Shown here one piece after another: positions 18,554 through 28,361 of a DNA stretch of 64,000 bases. The position numbers were made by a program, and so were the translations under genes. Positions within the stretch are counted from its first letter, which is position 1. Every line of letters starts with the position of its first letter. The stretch is taken from positions 400,606 through 464,605 of IMG/VR virus record IMGVR_UViG_3300023174_000033; one strand, 5' to 3'. The notes below the pieces were generated by a model. That model was not told the DNA's origin. It saw only the letters and a program-made list of their open reading frames with translations, and made no database searches.

Positions 18554-19000
18554 TTACATTTTCCAATATTCCAATTTGTAAGCAAAAGTTTTTAATATTT
18601 TAGGTAAATATTTCATTCTAACATCTTGCCAAATGAATATTTCATTCCCACCAGTTAAACCATCCATCCTAATAAAGAATTCAATAAATCCACCTTCCCA
18701 TTGTTCCCAAGGATTCATTTTCCAACTCGGGTAGTGGTTTATTTTCATACCACATTTGATTGCAGTTGGTGCTTTGTGTATAACTTCATCAAATTTCAAT
18801 TTTGACTCTCTCCTAGCCATACCACTGAGTTCTTCAACTCTCTCATATTCACAAAGTTTATGACCCAATCTCATAAAATCTTCATTGAACTTTTCATCAA
18901 TCACTTCAATTTGCAGAGGATGATGGACATTCATAGCCTGATGAGCTACTGAATAATCAATAAACTTTTTGAAATCGGTGTCCAAAATAACAGTTTGCAT
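18554..19000 (-). CDS. Hypothetical protein
   Basis: AATATATA at 19012-19005. Confidence 0.75.
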   Translation of the reverse strand: MQTVILDTDFKKFIDYSVAHQAMNVHHPLQIEVIDEKFNEDFMRLGHKLCEYERVEELSGMARRESKLKFDEVIHKAPTAIKCGMKINHYPSWKMNPWEQWEGGFIEFFIRMDGLTGGNEIFIWQDVRMKYLPKILKTFAYKLEYWKM

Positions 19001-19015
19001 ACTTTATATATTAGT

Positions 19016-19495
19016 TTAAACCATTGGATTTAAAATATTTAAAATGTATTCAGCTCTTGGATAAAAACCATCAACTAAATCACCTTTGTACGATTTTGTT
19101 TTGAATCCATTTTGAGTAAAATCACCCCAATACTGATTGTTTGTTGTTTCTACCCAATAATAAAGTGTATCTGAATAGTAAGTATAGTCAAGTAAATATT
19201 CCCTCGCATCAGTAATAAACTGTAAAAATTCTGAATCTGTCAACTGACTTCTCATATAAGATGTAACTACATCTACTTTTTGTTGTCTATTTTCTGGATT
19301 TAGTGGTGGAGTATATTCCATTGATGGGAGTGTATTAACCCACTGAAAATCTGAATTAACACATCCTGAAACTTCTTGGCCTGATATGAACCAATCACCG
19401 TTTATATCTTGTACTGGATTAAAATAAGATGCTGGTGCAAATAATTGACCAACAAGTAAATCCTTTTGTTCTATTGTTAATTTATATAATATCAT
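19016..19495 (-). CDS. Hypothetical protein, probably virion-associated
   Basis: Last gene of the fibre operon. Contains YFNPVQDINGDWFIS. Confidence 0.7.
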   Translation of the reverse strand: MILYKLTIEQKDLLVGQLFAPASYFNPVQDINGDWFISGQEVSGCVNSDFQWVNTLPSMEYTPPLNPENRQQKVDVVTSYMRSQLTDSEFLQFITDAREYLLDYTYYSDTLYYWVETTNNQYWGDFTQNGFKTKSYKGDLVDGFYPRAEYILNILNPMV

Positions 19496-20346
19496 ACTTG
19501 TCTAGCTAATGTTGTTTGAAAATTTTGTACTATTGTATATAGCGTTGCAACTTCTGTATCTGTTAAATCATACCCAATACTACAAAATGCACATTCTTTA
19601 TCAGAAAATTGAGTAGCGGCACCATTTGAATTATTTCTAGCACCTATGTATAGGGGAAAATTTCCAAGAAAAGTTGTTACACTTGTTACATTTTGACCTT
19701 CCCTTACACCATTTTTATAAGCTCTTCTATCAGCAAATGAAACTTTATTACCAACCCAAAATCCTTGACCACCTGAAGTGCTAGTAAATTGAGCTGCTTG
19801 AGCACCCCCACCAGAATAAAACTGAGAAGCTACCATAAGTTGTATGAATGAGGTAGCATTATTGGATCCAACTTCCGATCTAGTAGCATTTAATGTATTG
19901 GTCCTTGAATAGTATGAAATGTGGTGTCTTTCTTGTGGTATGTTATCCAGTGTATTAACATAAGTATTAGCAAAGGTGTTTGTAGCGTTGGGTAAAATAC
20001 CGTTTGAAGAGTGTGTCCAACCCCCAGAAAATGTTAACCTAAAAGCTGTATCAGCATCTCTTGGGTCTTTCAAATTATATTGGTGTGCAGTAGCATTTCC
20101 ACCAACAAAGGGGTAGACAGCTAACATTTTATTCATTAATCCCGTATTAACCAAATCATAAGATAGTTGATTTATAGCAGCTTGTTGATTAGAAACAGTT
20201 ATACCAGTAATTGATATAAAATTTACAGCATAAGTGTTATAGTTACCTAATTGTCCAATTGGCATAGTTGGAAAGCTAGATGGTATGGATACTGTTCCAA
20301 TAGAACCCATTCCAAAATTAAGTCTTTGTGTAAATCCTGCAAACAT
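19492..20346 (-). CDS. Putative virion structural protein (beta-sandwich/LamG-like)
   Basis: Thr/Asn/Gly-rich, with NGILPNATNTFANT and LYIGARN...ECAFCSIG. Adjacent to the collagen fibre gene. Confidence 0.6.
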   Translation of the reverse strand: MFAGFTQRLNFGMGSIGTVSIPSSFPTMPIGQLGNYNTYAVNFISITGITVSNQQAAINQLSYDLVNTGLMNKMLAVYPFVGGNATAHQYNLKDPRDADTAFRLTFSGGWTHSSNGILPNATNTFANTYVNTLDNIPQERHHISYYSRTNTLNATRSEVGSNNATSFIQLMVASQFYSGGGAQAAQFTSTSGGQGFWVGNKVSFADRRAYKNGVREGQNVTSVTTFLGNFPLYIGARNNSNGAATQFSDKECAFCSIGYDLTDTEVATLYTIVQNFQTTLARQV

Positions 20347-20352
20347 AACTTT

Positions 20353-20772
20353 TTAAAAATCTCCTCCTGATGCCCAAACTGTTAATGATTGTGTTGAAGC
20401 ATTTATACTAGAACTCACCCATATAGATTGACCAGGCATTAATTGTAAATCAGTGTATGTATTTATTACCCTTGCAGAAACTGCAGTAGTTGATGGTGTT
20501 GTTGCGGTAAAAAGTAATTCATCATACAATCTAGCACTTGCACTAGAACCAGTTGTATCTGTTACATAAATATAAACCAAACCAGCTGGATTACTATTAG
20601 TATATTTACCACCTATTTGTGTTACTTTTGTTCCAGAAAAACCAGAACCACTTGTACCTGTGATTAAAAGGAAAGAATTAGCTGTGGAGGATGTTCTTGA
20701 ACCACCAGTTGAATTATTTACTGTGACTAACCTATATTGAGGAGTTGATGCGAATTGTGGATTTGCTGCCAT
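20353..20772 (-). CDS. Putative virion structural protein
   Basis: MAANPQFASTP start, Ser/Thr-rich. AATATATA at 20786-20779. Confidence 0.65.
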   Translation of the reverse strand: MAANPQFASTPQYRLVTVNNSTGGSRTSSTANSFLLITGTSGSGFSGTKVTQIGGKYTNSNPAGLVYIYVTDTTGSSASARLYDELLFTATTPSTTAVSARVINTYTDLQLMPGQSIWVSSSINASTQSLTVWASGGDF

Positions 20773-20792
20773 AGAATTTATATATTATTTTT

Positions 20793-23657
20793 TTAATAGT
20801 TGTAGAACAAAAATAAATTTATTGCTGGATTATTTACACCAGTAGCACCTATTGGACCTTGATTTCCTTGTATACCAGTTGGTCCTTGAACTCCTTGTGG
20901 TCCACCAGCAGGACCAGTAGCCCCTTGTGGCCCAATAATACCATCTATTTTAGAAATTGTAATCCTTGAGTTTGGTTCATTTTGTAACCATCCAGAACCG
21001 TTTATTGTAACAGTACCAGCTTGGTCAGAATTTAAATAAGCTCTTATATCAAAGTAATCATTTTGAGCAAGTGTTATGATGAAAGAAAACATCACAGGTT
21101 GTCCATAACTATCACTCAATAAAATACTATTTGACGAATACCTATTATTTGAGTTTGTACTTTGACCATTTTTTACACCATATACCTGTAATGATGTTGC
21201 AAAATCATTAGCACCAAAAGTGGAAATAAAACCAGAAACAGCTACTGTGATAGTAGATGTGTTTATGTTTGTAAATGAATAAGAAGCTCCACTATAAGTT
21301 ACACCCAGAGATCCAATAGTATTTGATGTATCTATGTTTGGCCAAGGTATTATCCCCTCTGTATTGGGTGATATTGATGTGGCATTTGTTTGGTCTCCAA
21401 ATCTACCTATACTTGCAAAACTTGTTCCTGCAGTTGGACCTTGAACACCTATAGCTCCTTGTGGTCCAGTATTTCCTTGTAGACCAGTTACACCTTGTGG
21501 ACCAGTTACACCTTGGACTCCTTGAAAACCTTGAGGACCTTGCAGACCTTGAAATCCTTGTGGACCAGTTGTACCAGTTCCAGCACTAACTATAAATAAT
21601 GCTAAGTTATTATTATTAGAAAAGTTATGGGTTGCACTTAATAAACTAACTTTCACCTCAACATAACCAGTTTGTATAGAAGCATCCGTAGTCACTACCC
21701 ATTTTTGATAATTATTTGAATTTCCTTGGTCCTGTAAGATTAATATATCATTAACTTTTATCAAAGCCAATATAAAATCTATATCTATATTATCATTTGT
21801 TATATGTGATATATTTAGTTGTGTTGCTGATGTCTGTGTAGCATTATCCCATAGAATATATTGACTACCAGGGTTACCACTTGTTAATGTTGTTTTGGCC
21901 TTATATAAGAAAGTATTGGTTGAACCACCAGCTGGACCTTGGTCACCTTGTGGACCTTGGTCTCCTTGAAATCCTTGTGGTCCATCAAAACCCTGAGGTC
22001 CCATATCTCCTTGTGGACCTTGGTCTCCTTGAAATCCTTGTGGTCCATCAAAACCTTGCGGACCATCAAATCCTTGCGGACCATCAAATCCTTGCGGACC
22101 ATCAAATCCTTGCGGACCATCAAATCCTTGCGGACCTGGATCACCCTGTGGACCTGGATCACCCTGTGGACCTGGATCACCCTGTGGACCTGGATCGCCC
22201 TGTGGACCTGGATCGCCCTGTGGACCTGGATCGCCCTGTGGACCTGGATCGCCCTGTGGACCTGGATCACCCTGTGGACCTGTGTTACCTTGAACACCCT
22301 GGAATCCTTGTGGACCAGTATTACCTTGAAAACCCTGAGGTCCAGTAAATCCTTGTGAACCAGTAAGTCCTTGATTCCCCTGTGGACCTTGTAAACCTTG
22401 GAATCCTTGGAATCCTTGTGGACCTGTAAATCCCTGAGGTCCTTCTATACCAATAGACAATGGTACAAAAATCATATCGTGTCCATTAGTAAATGAATAA
22501 CCACCATTAACATAAGTAACTGGTATTGAAACATAACTATTAGGTGTAATACTAGTTGTCCCACTAACTGTCCATTTTTGATAGTTATTTGAGTTATTCT
22601 CATCTTGGAGTATTAAACTATCACCAGTTTTAATCAATGCTAAAAATACATCTATATCTACACCATCTCTTGTTAAGTGAGAAACATATAATATAGTTGA
22701 GCTTATTTGCGTGGCATTATTCCACACAATCTGTGAGTTATTTGGTGGAGGTGATTGTGTATTTGTTCTAGCATTATATTTGTAATAAGATACTGATACA
22801 CCATCAGCACCAGCAGCACCAGTTCCACCTTGAATACCTTGTACACCTTGAAATCCTTGTGGGCCTGTATAACCTTGAAATCCTTGTACACCTTGAAATC
22901 CTTGTGGGCCTGTATAACCTTGAAATCCTTGTGGACCAGTAGTTCCCTGACTACCAGTTGAACCTTGATTTCCAGTAGTTCCCTGACTACCAGTTGAACC
23001 TTGAGGACCAGTATTACCTTGAGCACCAGTACCACCAAAAGCACCCCCTTGAATACCTTGAAATCCTTGAGGACCAGTATTACCTTGGTTTCCAGTACCT
23101 CCACCAAGTGGTCCCTGAGCACCAGTATTTCCCTGAGGACCAGTATTACCTTGATTACCAGTACCACCACCTAAACCACCTTGAACACCCTGTGGTCCAG
23201 TATAACCTTGAAATCCTTGTGGACCTTGGATTCCTTGTACACCAGTAAAACCTTGGGGTCCCTCTGTGCCGGCACCTGTTATGACAAGACCACTGGTGGT
23301 GGTAGCAAAAATCAGTGTATAATCATCAGTACTATTATGTGTTAAAGTATATGTTGTTATTTCTTGGAAACTACCATCCAATACTTGAACTACCGGATAA
23401 TATCCAAAACTATGTGTTATTGTTAATGTATCAGAAGAACTAAAAGTGCTATTTAAAATGGAGGGAACCCCACCAGATCCTTGTGGACCTTGTTGACCTT
23501 GTGATCCAGTCTCACCATTAGCCCCTATAACACCATTTCCCCCAGAAATTTCCAAAAGATTTCCATCACCATCATAAAATTGACCATCGATATATTGGAC
23601 CATCACTGGCAATTTTTCGAAGGTTAATTGAAATATTTTATTTGGTAAATCTGCCAA
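20793..23657 (-). CDS. Collagen-like fibre protein with two repeated globular inserts
   Basis: Long (Gly-X-Y)n blocks separated by two similar domains (WNNATQ...NNYQKW and WDNATQ...NNYQKW). TTG start, AATATATA at 23682-23675. Confidence 0.9.
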   Translation of the reverse strand: MADLPNKIFQLTFEKLPVMVQYIDGQFYDGDGNLLEISGGNGVIGANGETGSQGQQGPQGSGGVPSILNSTFSSSDTLTITHSFGYYPVVQVLDGSFQEITTYTLTHNSTDDYTLIFATTTSGLVITGAGTEGPQGFTGVQGIQGPQGFQGYTGPQGVQGGLGGGTGNQGNTGPQGNTGAQGPLGGGTGNQGNTGPQGFQGIQGGAFGGTGAQGNTGPQGSTGSQGTTGNQGSTGSQGTTGPQGFQGYTGPQGFQGVQGFQGYTGPQGFQGVQGIQGGTGAAGADGVSVSYYKYNARTNTQSPPPNNSQIVWNNATQISSTILYVSHLTRDGVDIDVFLALIKTGDSLILQDENNSNNYQKWTVSGTTSITPNSYVSIPVTYVNGGYSFTNGHDMIFVPLSIGIEGPQGFTGPQGFQGFQGLQGPQGNQGLTGSQGFTGPQGFQGNTGPQGFQGVQGNTGPQGDPGPQGDPGPQGDPGPQGDPGPQGDPGPQGDPGPQGDPGPQGDPGPQGFDGPQGFDGPQGFDGPQGFDGPQGFDGPQGFQGDQGPQGDMGPQGFDGPQGFQGDQGPQGDQGPAGGSTNTFLYKAKTTLTSGNPGSQYILWDNATQTSATQLNISHITNDNIDIDFILALIKVNDILILQDQGNSNNYQKWVVTTDASIQTGYVEVKVSLLSATHNFSNNNNLALFIVSAGTGTTGPQGFQGLQGPQGFQGVQGVTGPQGVTGLQGNTGPQGAIGVQGPTAGTSFASIGRFGDQTNATSISPNTEGIIPWPNIDTSNTIGSLGVTYSGASYSFTNINTSTITVAVSGFISTFGANDFATSLQVYGVKNGQSTNSNNRYSSNSILLSDSYGQPVMFSFIITLAQNDYFDIRAYLNSDQAGTVTINGSGWLQNEPNSRITISKIDGIIGPQGATGPAGGPQGVQGPTGIQGNQGPIGATGVNNPAINLFLFYNY
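21930..22290 (-). repeat. 18-nt coding tandem repeats (GPQGDP x ~8, GPQGFD x ~5)
   Basis: Units such as TGTGGACCTGGATC(A/G)CCC at ~22131-22280. Confidence 0.9.
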
Positions 23658-23717
23658 ACTATTTGCTTTATTTTTATATATTAATACCGACAGAACTCAA
23701 AAAAAATTTTAATTATT

Positions 23718-23936
23718 ATGATTGGATTTGTTAGTTACCCAACACCAAATAAAACCTATAAACATTACAAGGGAGGTTTGTATAAAGTTCTTTTTTTATC
23801 CAAACATACCGAAACGGATGAAATATTAGTAAATTACCAATCAATTCTTTTTGGTTCTTATTATTCAAGACCACTAGAATCTTGGAATTCTACAACAGAA
23901 AGAGGTGAACCACGTTTTAAAGAAGTTATACAATGA
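23718..23936 (+). CDS. DUF1653-family protein
   Basis: YKHYKGGLYKV...HTETDEILV.Y...SRPL. Confidence 0.85.
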   Translation: MIGFVSYPTPNKTYKHYKGGLYKVLFLSKHTETDEILVNYQSILFGSYYSRPLESWNSTTERGEPRFKEVIQ

Positions 23937-24367
23937 TTAAGGAAAAAGAATTTATCCTGAATAAAATAAAAATTGAAGGTGATGCAAAAGAATGGAACTA
24001 TACTTGTAAAAATGGTATAGAATTCAAATGTTATATTCGTAGAGTTCCAAGAAGCGGACACCTTTGTGGTTATGTGCACCTAACACCTGATAACGATTAC
24101 TTTGGTTATGAATATGATCATATACCAGTAGATTGCCATGGTGGATTGACCTATAGTTCTGACCATGATGGTGAGTGGGTTATTGGATTTGATTGTGCTC
24201 ACTTTGGTGATAATAAACCATTTTATTCCGATATGGAAATCTATGGGAATGATGGTACTTATAGAGATATGGAATATCTTACTAAAGAATGTGAATCTAT
24301 TTGTGAACAATTATCAACTAAAAGTAAATCACATTATAGAACAAAAAAATTAAATGAAATATTATGA
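23933..24367 (+). CDS. Conserved phage hypothetical protein with C-terminal tag
   Basis: GHLCGYV, CHGGLTY, IGFDCAH. Ends RTKKLNEIL. Confidence 0.8.
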   Translation: MIKEKEFILNKIKIEGDAKEWNYTCKNGIEFKCYIRRVPRSGHLCGYVHLTPDNDYFGYEYDHIPVDCHGGLTYSSDHDGEWVIGFDCAHFGDNKPFYSDMEIYGNDGTYRDMEYLTKECESICEQLSTKSKSHYRTKKLNEIL

Positions 24368-24540
24368 AACAATTTTTTTACGTATTAATGATTTTAAGCC
24401 TTTTAACCACAGCTTTTTTTGTATTTATTGGTCTTAAATTAGCTGAATCCGCAGTTCAAGAAGCATCTGCTGCTGGATTCGCTTGTGTATTTGGAATTAT
24501 AAGTAGAATTCTACAAGCAGAAGCACATAAGTCTGAATAA
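24364..24540 (+). CDS. Small two-TM membrane protein (58 aa)
   Basis: MKQFFYVLMILSLL...AESAVQEASAAGFACVFGIISRIL. ATGA overlap with the upstream gene. Confidence 0.65.
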   Translation: MKQFFYVLMILSLLTTAFFVFIGLKLAESAVQEASAAGFACVFGIISRILQAEAHKSE

Positions 24541-24561
24541 TCAAAATAAATATATACTTCG

Positions 24562-24972
24562 ATGGAGTATATAAAATTATTTGAAAGTTTTTTTAGTGGT
24601 GGAATGCCTGAAGAAATCACCAGTGAACAATGGAATGAATTGCAAATAACAGAAAAAGATGAATATGGAGAAATAATCAAAAACTCTCCAATACCACCTT
24701 ATCTTTTTAGAGAAATTGTTGCAATTGGTGGTGCGGAAAGATACTTACCAACTAGAGAAGGTGGATCTATTCAGATGCACGGCAGAAGACCAAACACTAA
24801 ACATTTATATGTTGTGTATTTTACACCCAAAGATGATGCTCCTTTTTATTTAATAAGATTTTCAACAGATAATAACCCACCAGAAAGAGTACAAAAGGAA
24901 AAGGGTTTTGTCAAGCTTTATGTAGCTGATGATTTTGAACAAGTGAAAAACTTTTGTAAAGAAAATCTATAA
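24562..24972 (+). CDS. MKYL-like-tag, YxCD-family-like protein
   Basis: MEYIKLFESF...LYVADDFEQV. AATATATA at 24549-24556. Confidence 0.8.
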   Translation: MEYIKLFESFFSGGMPEEITSEQWNELQITEKDEYGEIIKNSPIPPYLFREIVAIGGAERYLPTREGGSIQMHGRRPNTKHLYVVYFTPKDDAPFYLIRFSTDNNPPERVQKEKGFVKLYVADDFEQVKNFCKENL

Positions 24973-24979
24973 AAGTTTT

Positions 24980-25324
24980 ATGGAAAAGAAAAATACTATC
25001 TTTTGTGATATAGATGGAACTATATTTGTTTACAGGAAATTTGAAACCTATACACAAACCAAACCTGAAGTTATACCATCAACAGTTAAATATCTCAAAG
25101 AGCAAGCCGATTTAGGGCATATGATTGTCCTTACTACCGCTAGGCCGGAACATTTAGAAACACACACTATTAGAGAGTTACTTGAGACTAGAATACCATA
25201 TCACAAATTAATTATGGGAATAGAAAGAGGTCCAAGATATTTAATTAACGATATGGATCCACAAAATGAAGGATTGAGAGCTTATGCTATCAATCTCGAA
25301 AGAGATAAAGGATTCACAGAATAA
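24980..25324 (+). CDS. HAD-superfamily phosphatase (short, capless)
   Basis: CDIDGTI, LTTARP, YLINDMD. Confidence 0.8.
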   Translation: MEKKNTIFCDIDGTIFVYRKFETYTQTKPEVIPSTVKYLKEQADLGHMIVLTTARPEHLETHTIRELLETRIPYHKLIMGIERGPRYLINDMDPQNEGLRAYAINLERDKGFTE

Positions 25325-25330
25325 TATATA

Positions 25331-25425
25331 AGTTTTTACCGGTGGCTTAAGTGTCACATTTTAGGACCGGTTATAGTTTAGGCTATAAGGAAACCAAGAA
25401 CTCGCTACTCTTGGTTTTCACTTTT
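25331..25425 (+). ncRNA. Candidate small structured RNA or regulatory 3' element ending in a terminator hairpin
   Basis: AATATATA at 25323-25330, then ACCGGT/ACCGGT, GTGGC/GTCAC, TTATAG/CTATAA and GAAACCAAGA/TCTTGGTTTT helices. Confidence 0.4.
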
Positions 25426-25448
25426 TATATGGAAATAAAAAAGGTGTC

Positions 25449-25676
25449 TTAATTGACACCTAATTCATTTGAGAACTTTTCAATCAGTTCGTCAATCACC
25501 AACATCACATCTTTTGAATCAGTTAGGATTTCAATTTGTCCCCTGAGTTCTTCCATCACCTGTGGATGTTCTCCAATTCCTGCGGCATTTGTTAGATAAA
25601 CTTTGATAGTTTCCTCTGCTTCTGCTGCCTTTGCTTCATAGTGAAGTCTTGCTGCTTTTAATCTTGATAATTTCAT
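25449..25676 (-). CDS. Conserved small hypothetical protein
   Basis: YLTNAAGIGEHPQV motif. Confidence 0.75.
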   Translation of the reverse strand: MKLSRLKAARLHYEAKAAEAEETIKVYLTNAAGIGEHPQVMEELRGQIEILTDSKDVMLVIDELIEKFSNELGVN

Positions 25677-25754
25677 TGTTTTATTATAGTTCTTAATATG
25701 TTTTTGTTTTCGGTAAAAAATACAACTTTGCTAATTTAAATATATAATATAATT

Positions 25755-25895
25755 ATGGAAGAAAAGAAATGTGTTTGGTGTAAAAAACCATTCAAAAATG
25801 AAACTCCCGAAACTCACTATTGTCTTGTGAAAAAGAAGGTAGATGATTGGGAAGCTAAACAACGTGAGAAAGGTCAACTCAAACGAGTAAAGTGA
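25755..25895 (+). CDS. Small CxxC protein (46 aa)
   Basis: MEEKKCVWCKKPF...HYC. Confidence 0.5.
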   Translation: MEEKKCVWCKKPFKNETPETHYCLVKKKVDDWEAKQREKGQLKRVK

Positions 25896-26473
25896 TCACA
25901 AAGTTTTGTAAGGTCTTTGTTAATTAATTCCAACTTTGTCTGTTTAGTCTTTTCCAAACGCTTTTCGTTTTCCTCATTAAAGGAATTGATGAAAAATTCA
26001 GCCAATTTATCCTTGATAGTTACTTCATAAAGGTAAGACCTTTGATTATTTATATTAAAAATAGTTAAAAGATAATCAACTTCATTCATACGGTTTAGAC
26101 AAAGTAGAAAATTAGTATTTTCAAGGTGTATGTCTTTCGTAATTAGACTACTTGTGAATTTAGTCTTTGGATCTTTCAATAAAGATGTCCAAAGTTTTTT
26201 TGATTTCCAATGAATTGGAGTTTCTTCATAGTTAGATTTTGTTTGCTTTCTGATAAAAGTAGTAATATCACTTTTGATTGATACATATCTTCTTAACATA
26301 AAAAATTTGAGCCGGTTTGTATTTTTTAATTTTGATTTATACACCACAAAACCCACAATACCCATTGATAGGGTATAAAGATACAAAAACAATTTACTCT
26401 CGTAGATGCCATTCAACAGATTCGGTGCTAAAAATAAAATAGAAGTGAAGAGAAGGTAAGGAATAGTTTTCAT
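25874..26473 (-). CDS. Hypothetical membrane-anchored protein
   Basis: Likely start MKTIPYLL (26473), two TM segments. TATCTTTG at 26511-26504. Confidence 0.7.
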   Translation of the reverse strand: MKTIPYLLFTSILFLAPNLLNGIYESKLFLYLYTLSMGIVGFVVYKSKLKNTNRLKFFMLRRYVSIKSDITTFIRKQTKSNYEETPIHWKSKKLWTSLLKDPKTKFTSSLITKDIHLENTNFLLCLNRMNEVDYLLTIFNINNQRSYLYEVTIKDKLAEFFINSFNEENEKRLEKTKQTKLELINKDLTKLCDHFTRLS

Positions 26474-26569
26474 AGTGATTTGTTGTTGTGAAGTATTATA
26501 TGACAAAGATACTATAATCGTTTGGTAAAAAAAATAAAAAAAATTGTTGGTCTTTTCGATAATTCACCA

Positions 26570-26577
26570 TATATTTG
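26570..26577 (+). promoter_or_regulatory. Bacteroidetes -7 element (TATATTTG) driving the tRNAs
   Basis: 10 nt upstream of the first tRNA. Confidence 0.6.
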
Positions 26578-26587
26578 TAGTAGAAAC

Positions 26588-26661
26588 AGACAGGTGGCGC
26601 AATCGGTGAGCGCAGGACTCTTATACGGTCAAGGTTGTGGGTTCAAGTCCCATCCTGTCAA
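26588..26661 (+). tRNA. tRNA-Ile(UAU)
   Basis: D arm GCGC/GCGC, anticodon loop CT-TAT-AC, T arm GTGGG-TTCAAGT-CCCAT. The 1:72 pair is an A:A mismatch. No encoded CCA. Confidence 0.8.
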
Positions 26662-26718
26662 CAAATAAAATCTGTAAACAAAGAGGGCTAATAATATAAA
26701 ATATTAAGATATATAAAA

Positions 26719-26792
26719 GGGCTCTTAACTCAGTAGGTCAGAGTGTCGGTCTCATAAACCGGAAGTCGTTGGTTCAAACCCAACAGGGCCCA
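26719..26792 (+). tRNA. tRNA with CAU anticodon (Met or lysidine-type Ile2)
   Basis: Acceptor GGGCTCT/AGGGCCC, loop CT-CAT-AA, T arm GTTGG-TTCAAAC-CCAAC. No encoded CCA. Confidence 0.9.
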
Positions 26793-26825
26793 CACTTTTT
26801 TATTAAAAAAAACTAATTAACTAAC

Positions 26826-27068
26826 TTGTTCAAGAGTTCAGACTATTTCAACGTCGTATGTATCGAAAATTGTAAATCTACCAAAGAATTCTGGCCAATA
26901 ACAATTGGTAAGCATTATCAAATCAAAAGTGGTTGGAAAACTTCAAATATTGCCTTCTATAACATAATAGCTGATGATGGAAAAGAATGGATAATACCAT
27001 CTACTTTTTTCAAATATGTAGATGAAGTAAGAGAGATAAAGATAGAGGAAATCCTTACTGTAAATTAA
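26826..27068 (+). CDS. Small VCI-family protein with C-terminal tag
   Basis: VVCIEN...TIGKHY...ADDG...FKYVDEVREIKIEEIL. Confidence 0.8.
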   Translation: MFKSSDYFNVVCIENCKSTKEFWPITIGKHYQIKSGWKTSNIAFYNIIADDGKEWIIPSTFFKYVDEVREIKIEEILTVN

Positions 27069-27796
27069 CCAGCTTTCCTCCTGCCAAGTGAATCTATACT
27101 CCCATCATGCTTGAACTCACTAACCATTCCAGAAAGATAAATAGTTCCAAAATGGTAATCATCTTTCGGGTCAAATAAATAGTAATCATAACCCGTGAAT
27201 ATCTTATTATAGTCACTCATAAGTGTTCTCCACTCATTAGTTCTTCTTCCCACCGCCCATATATTCTTCGAATTTTTATAGTCATTGATGGGTACACTTA
27301 ACAAATCATAATTATTTCCCTGTTTATATGGACTTGACTGTAACCAATCCTCAAATCCATCCCAACCATCAACTAACCACCAGTCTTTGACAAAATAAAT
27401 ATCTTTGGTTCCTTTCAAAGTAAGGTGACTTGCATCTACTGGTAGTTCAGTTTGAATTAAAAAATAATCATCTTGGTATTTAGCTAGACTCATATCTTTC
27501 CTAAATCCATTTGGAATTTCAACTTTCCAATTTACTTGATTGATTTTTCCTGAAGTACCAGTTGCTGGATAGAGTGATCGACTAACAAGTTGTAGACCAG
27601 TTAGTTCTGGTTTTAAATATTTAGTAAATAACTTTTCAATTTGTAATAAATCACTTGAATTTAGTTCTTCTGTGCCCGGACTCTTTTCCATATCGAAGAA
27701 AAGGTCATTGAAAAGGTCTTGACCTAAATTTACATAGGTTGAACTTTTCAAATACTTTTCGTGTCTTGACTCATTGAATTTCCTTAAATATCTCAT
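27065..27796 (-). CDS. MKYL-tag, YxCD-family-like protein
   Basis: MRYLRKFNE...DYFLI...WLVDGWDGF. AATATATA at 27812-27805. Confidence 0.8.
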   Translation of the reverse strand: MRYLRKFNESRHEKYLKSSTYVNLGQDLFNDLFFDMEKSPGTEELNSSDLLQIEKLFTKYLKPELTGLQLVSRSLYPATGTSGKINQVNWKVEIPNGFRKDMSLAKYQDDYFLIQTELPVDASHLTLKGTKDIYFVKDWWLVDGWDGFEDWLQSSPYKQGNNYDLLSVPINDYKNSKNIWAVGRRTNEWRTLMSDYNKIFTGYDYYLFDPKDDYHFGTIYLSGMVSEFKHDGSIDSLGRRKAG

Positions 27797-27814
27797 AGAT
27801 AGTGTATATATTAA

Positions 27815-28036
27815 CTATCCGAGCAATATATTCAATTTATCATTTCTATGTTCATTTAAACGCTTGAACATTTTTATAGGATAGTGTCCCATTCTATCAT
27901 AGTCATTTACAACCCAACACAAATCAATATCATTAGTCAAAGTTAGATCGTATACTTTACCTATTACGAATGGACCTTCAATTATGGAATCCTCCCAATA
28001 GGTATTGTCTATACAGACTGCTTTTATTTTTTCCAT
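27815..28036 (-). CDS. Small VCI-family protein with C-terminal tag
   Basis: AVCIDN...IGKVY...FKRLNEHRNDKLNILL. Confidence 0.8.
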   Translation of the reverse strand: MEKIKAVCIDNTYWEDSIIEGPFVIGKVYDLTLTNDIDLCWVVNDYDRMGHYPIKMFKRLNEHRNDKLNILLG

Positions 28037-28037
28037 A

Positions 28038-28361
28038 TTAAAGAGTTTTAATCCATTCTATAAGTAGTAATGATACTTTATATCCACAGAATGCTCCAAG
28101 TGCGGATGGAATTGGAAATACAATTAATTTACCTAAATCAGTAACATATTTAGGTCTATTAACAATTTTCCCCATAAAAAAGTAATAAGCTAAATAACCA
28201 AGTAAAACAGCAATATCTGTTTTAGTAGCTATAAAAACCACAAGAGTTGCACCAATAAAACCAAAAGTAAAGTTATCTCTTACACCCTCCCATACTTCAT
28301 ATGGTGTTGCTTCATTAATTTCTTTAATTATCTTCTTATGTAGTTCTTTAGTCTTTCTCAT
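28038..28361 (-). CDS. Membrane protein
   Basis: Three hydrophobic segments. Start at the ATGA overlap with the methyltransferase stop. Confidence 0.75.
   Translation of the reverse strand: MRKTKELHKKIIKEINEATPYEVWEGVRDNFTFGFIGATLVVFIATKTDIAVLLGYLAYYFFMGKIVNRPKYVTDLGKLIVFPIPSALGAFCGYKVSLLLIEWIKTL

Noticed and set aside
21881-23248. Track ORFs 21881, 21884, 21939, 22703 and 22994 with repetitive translations
   Set aside because: They are alternative frames of the collagen repeats in 20793..23657.
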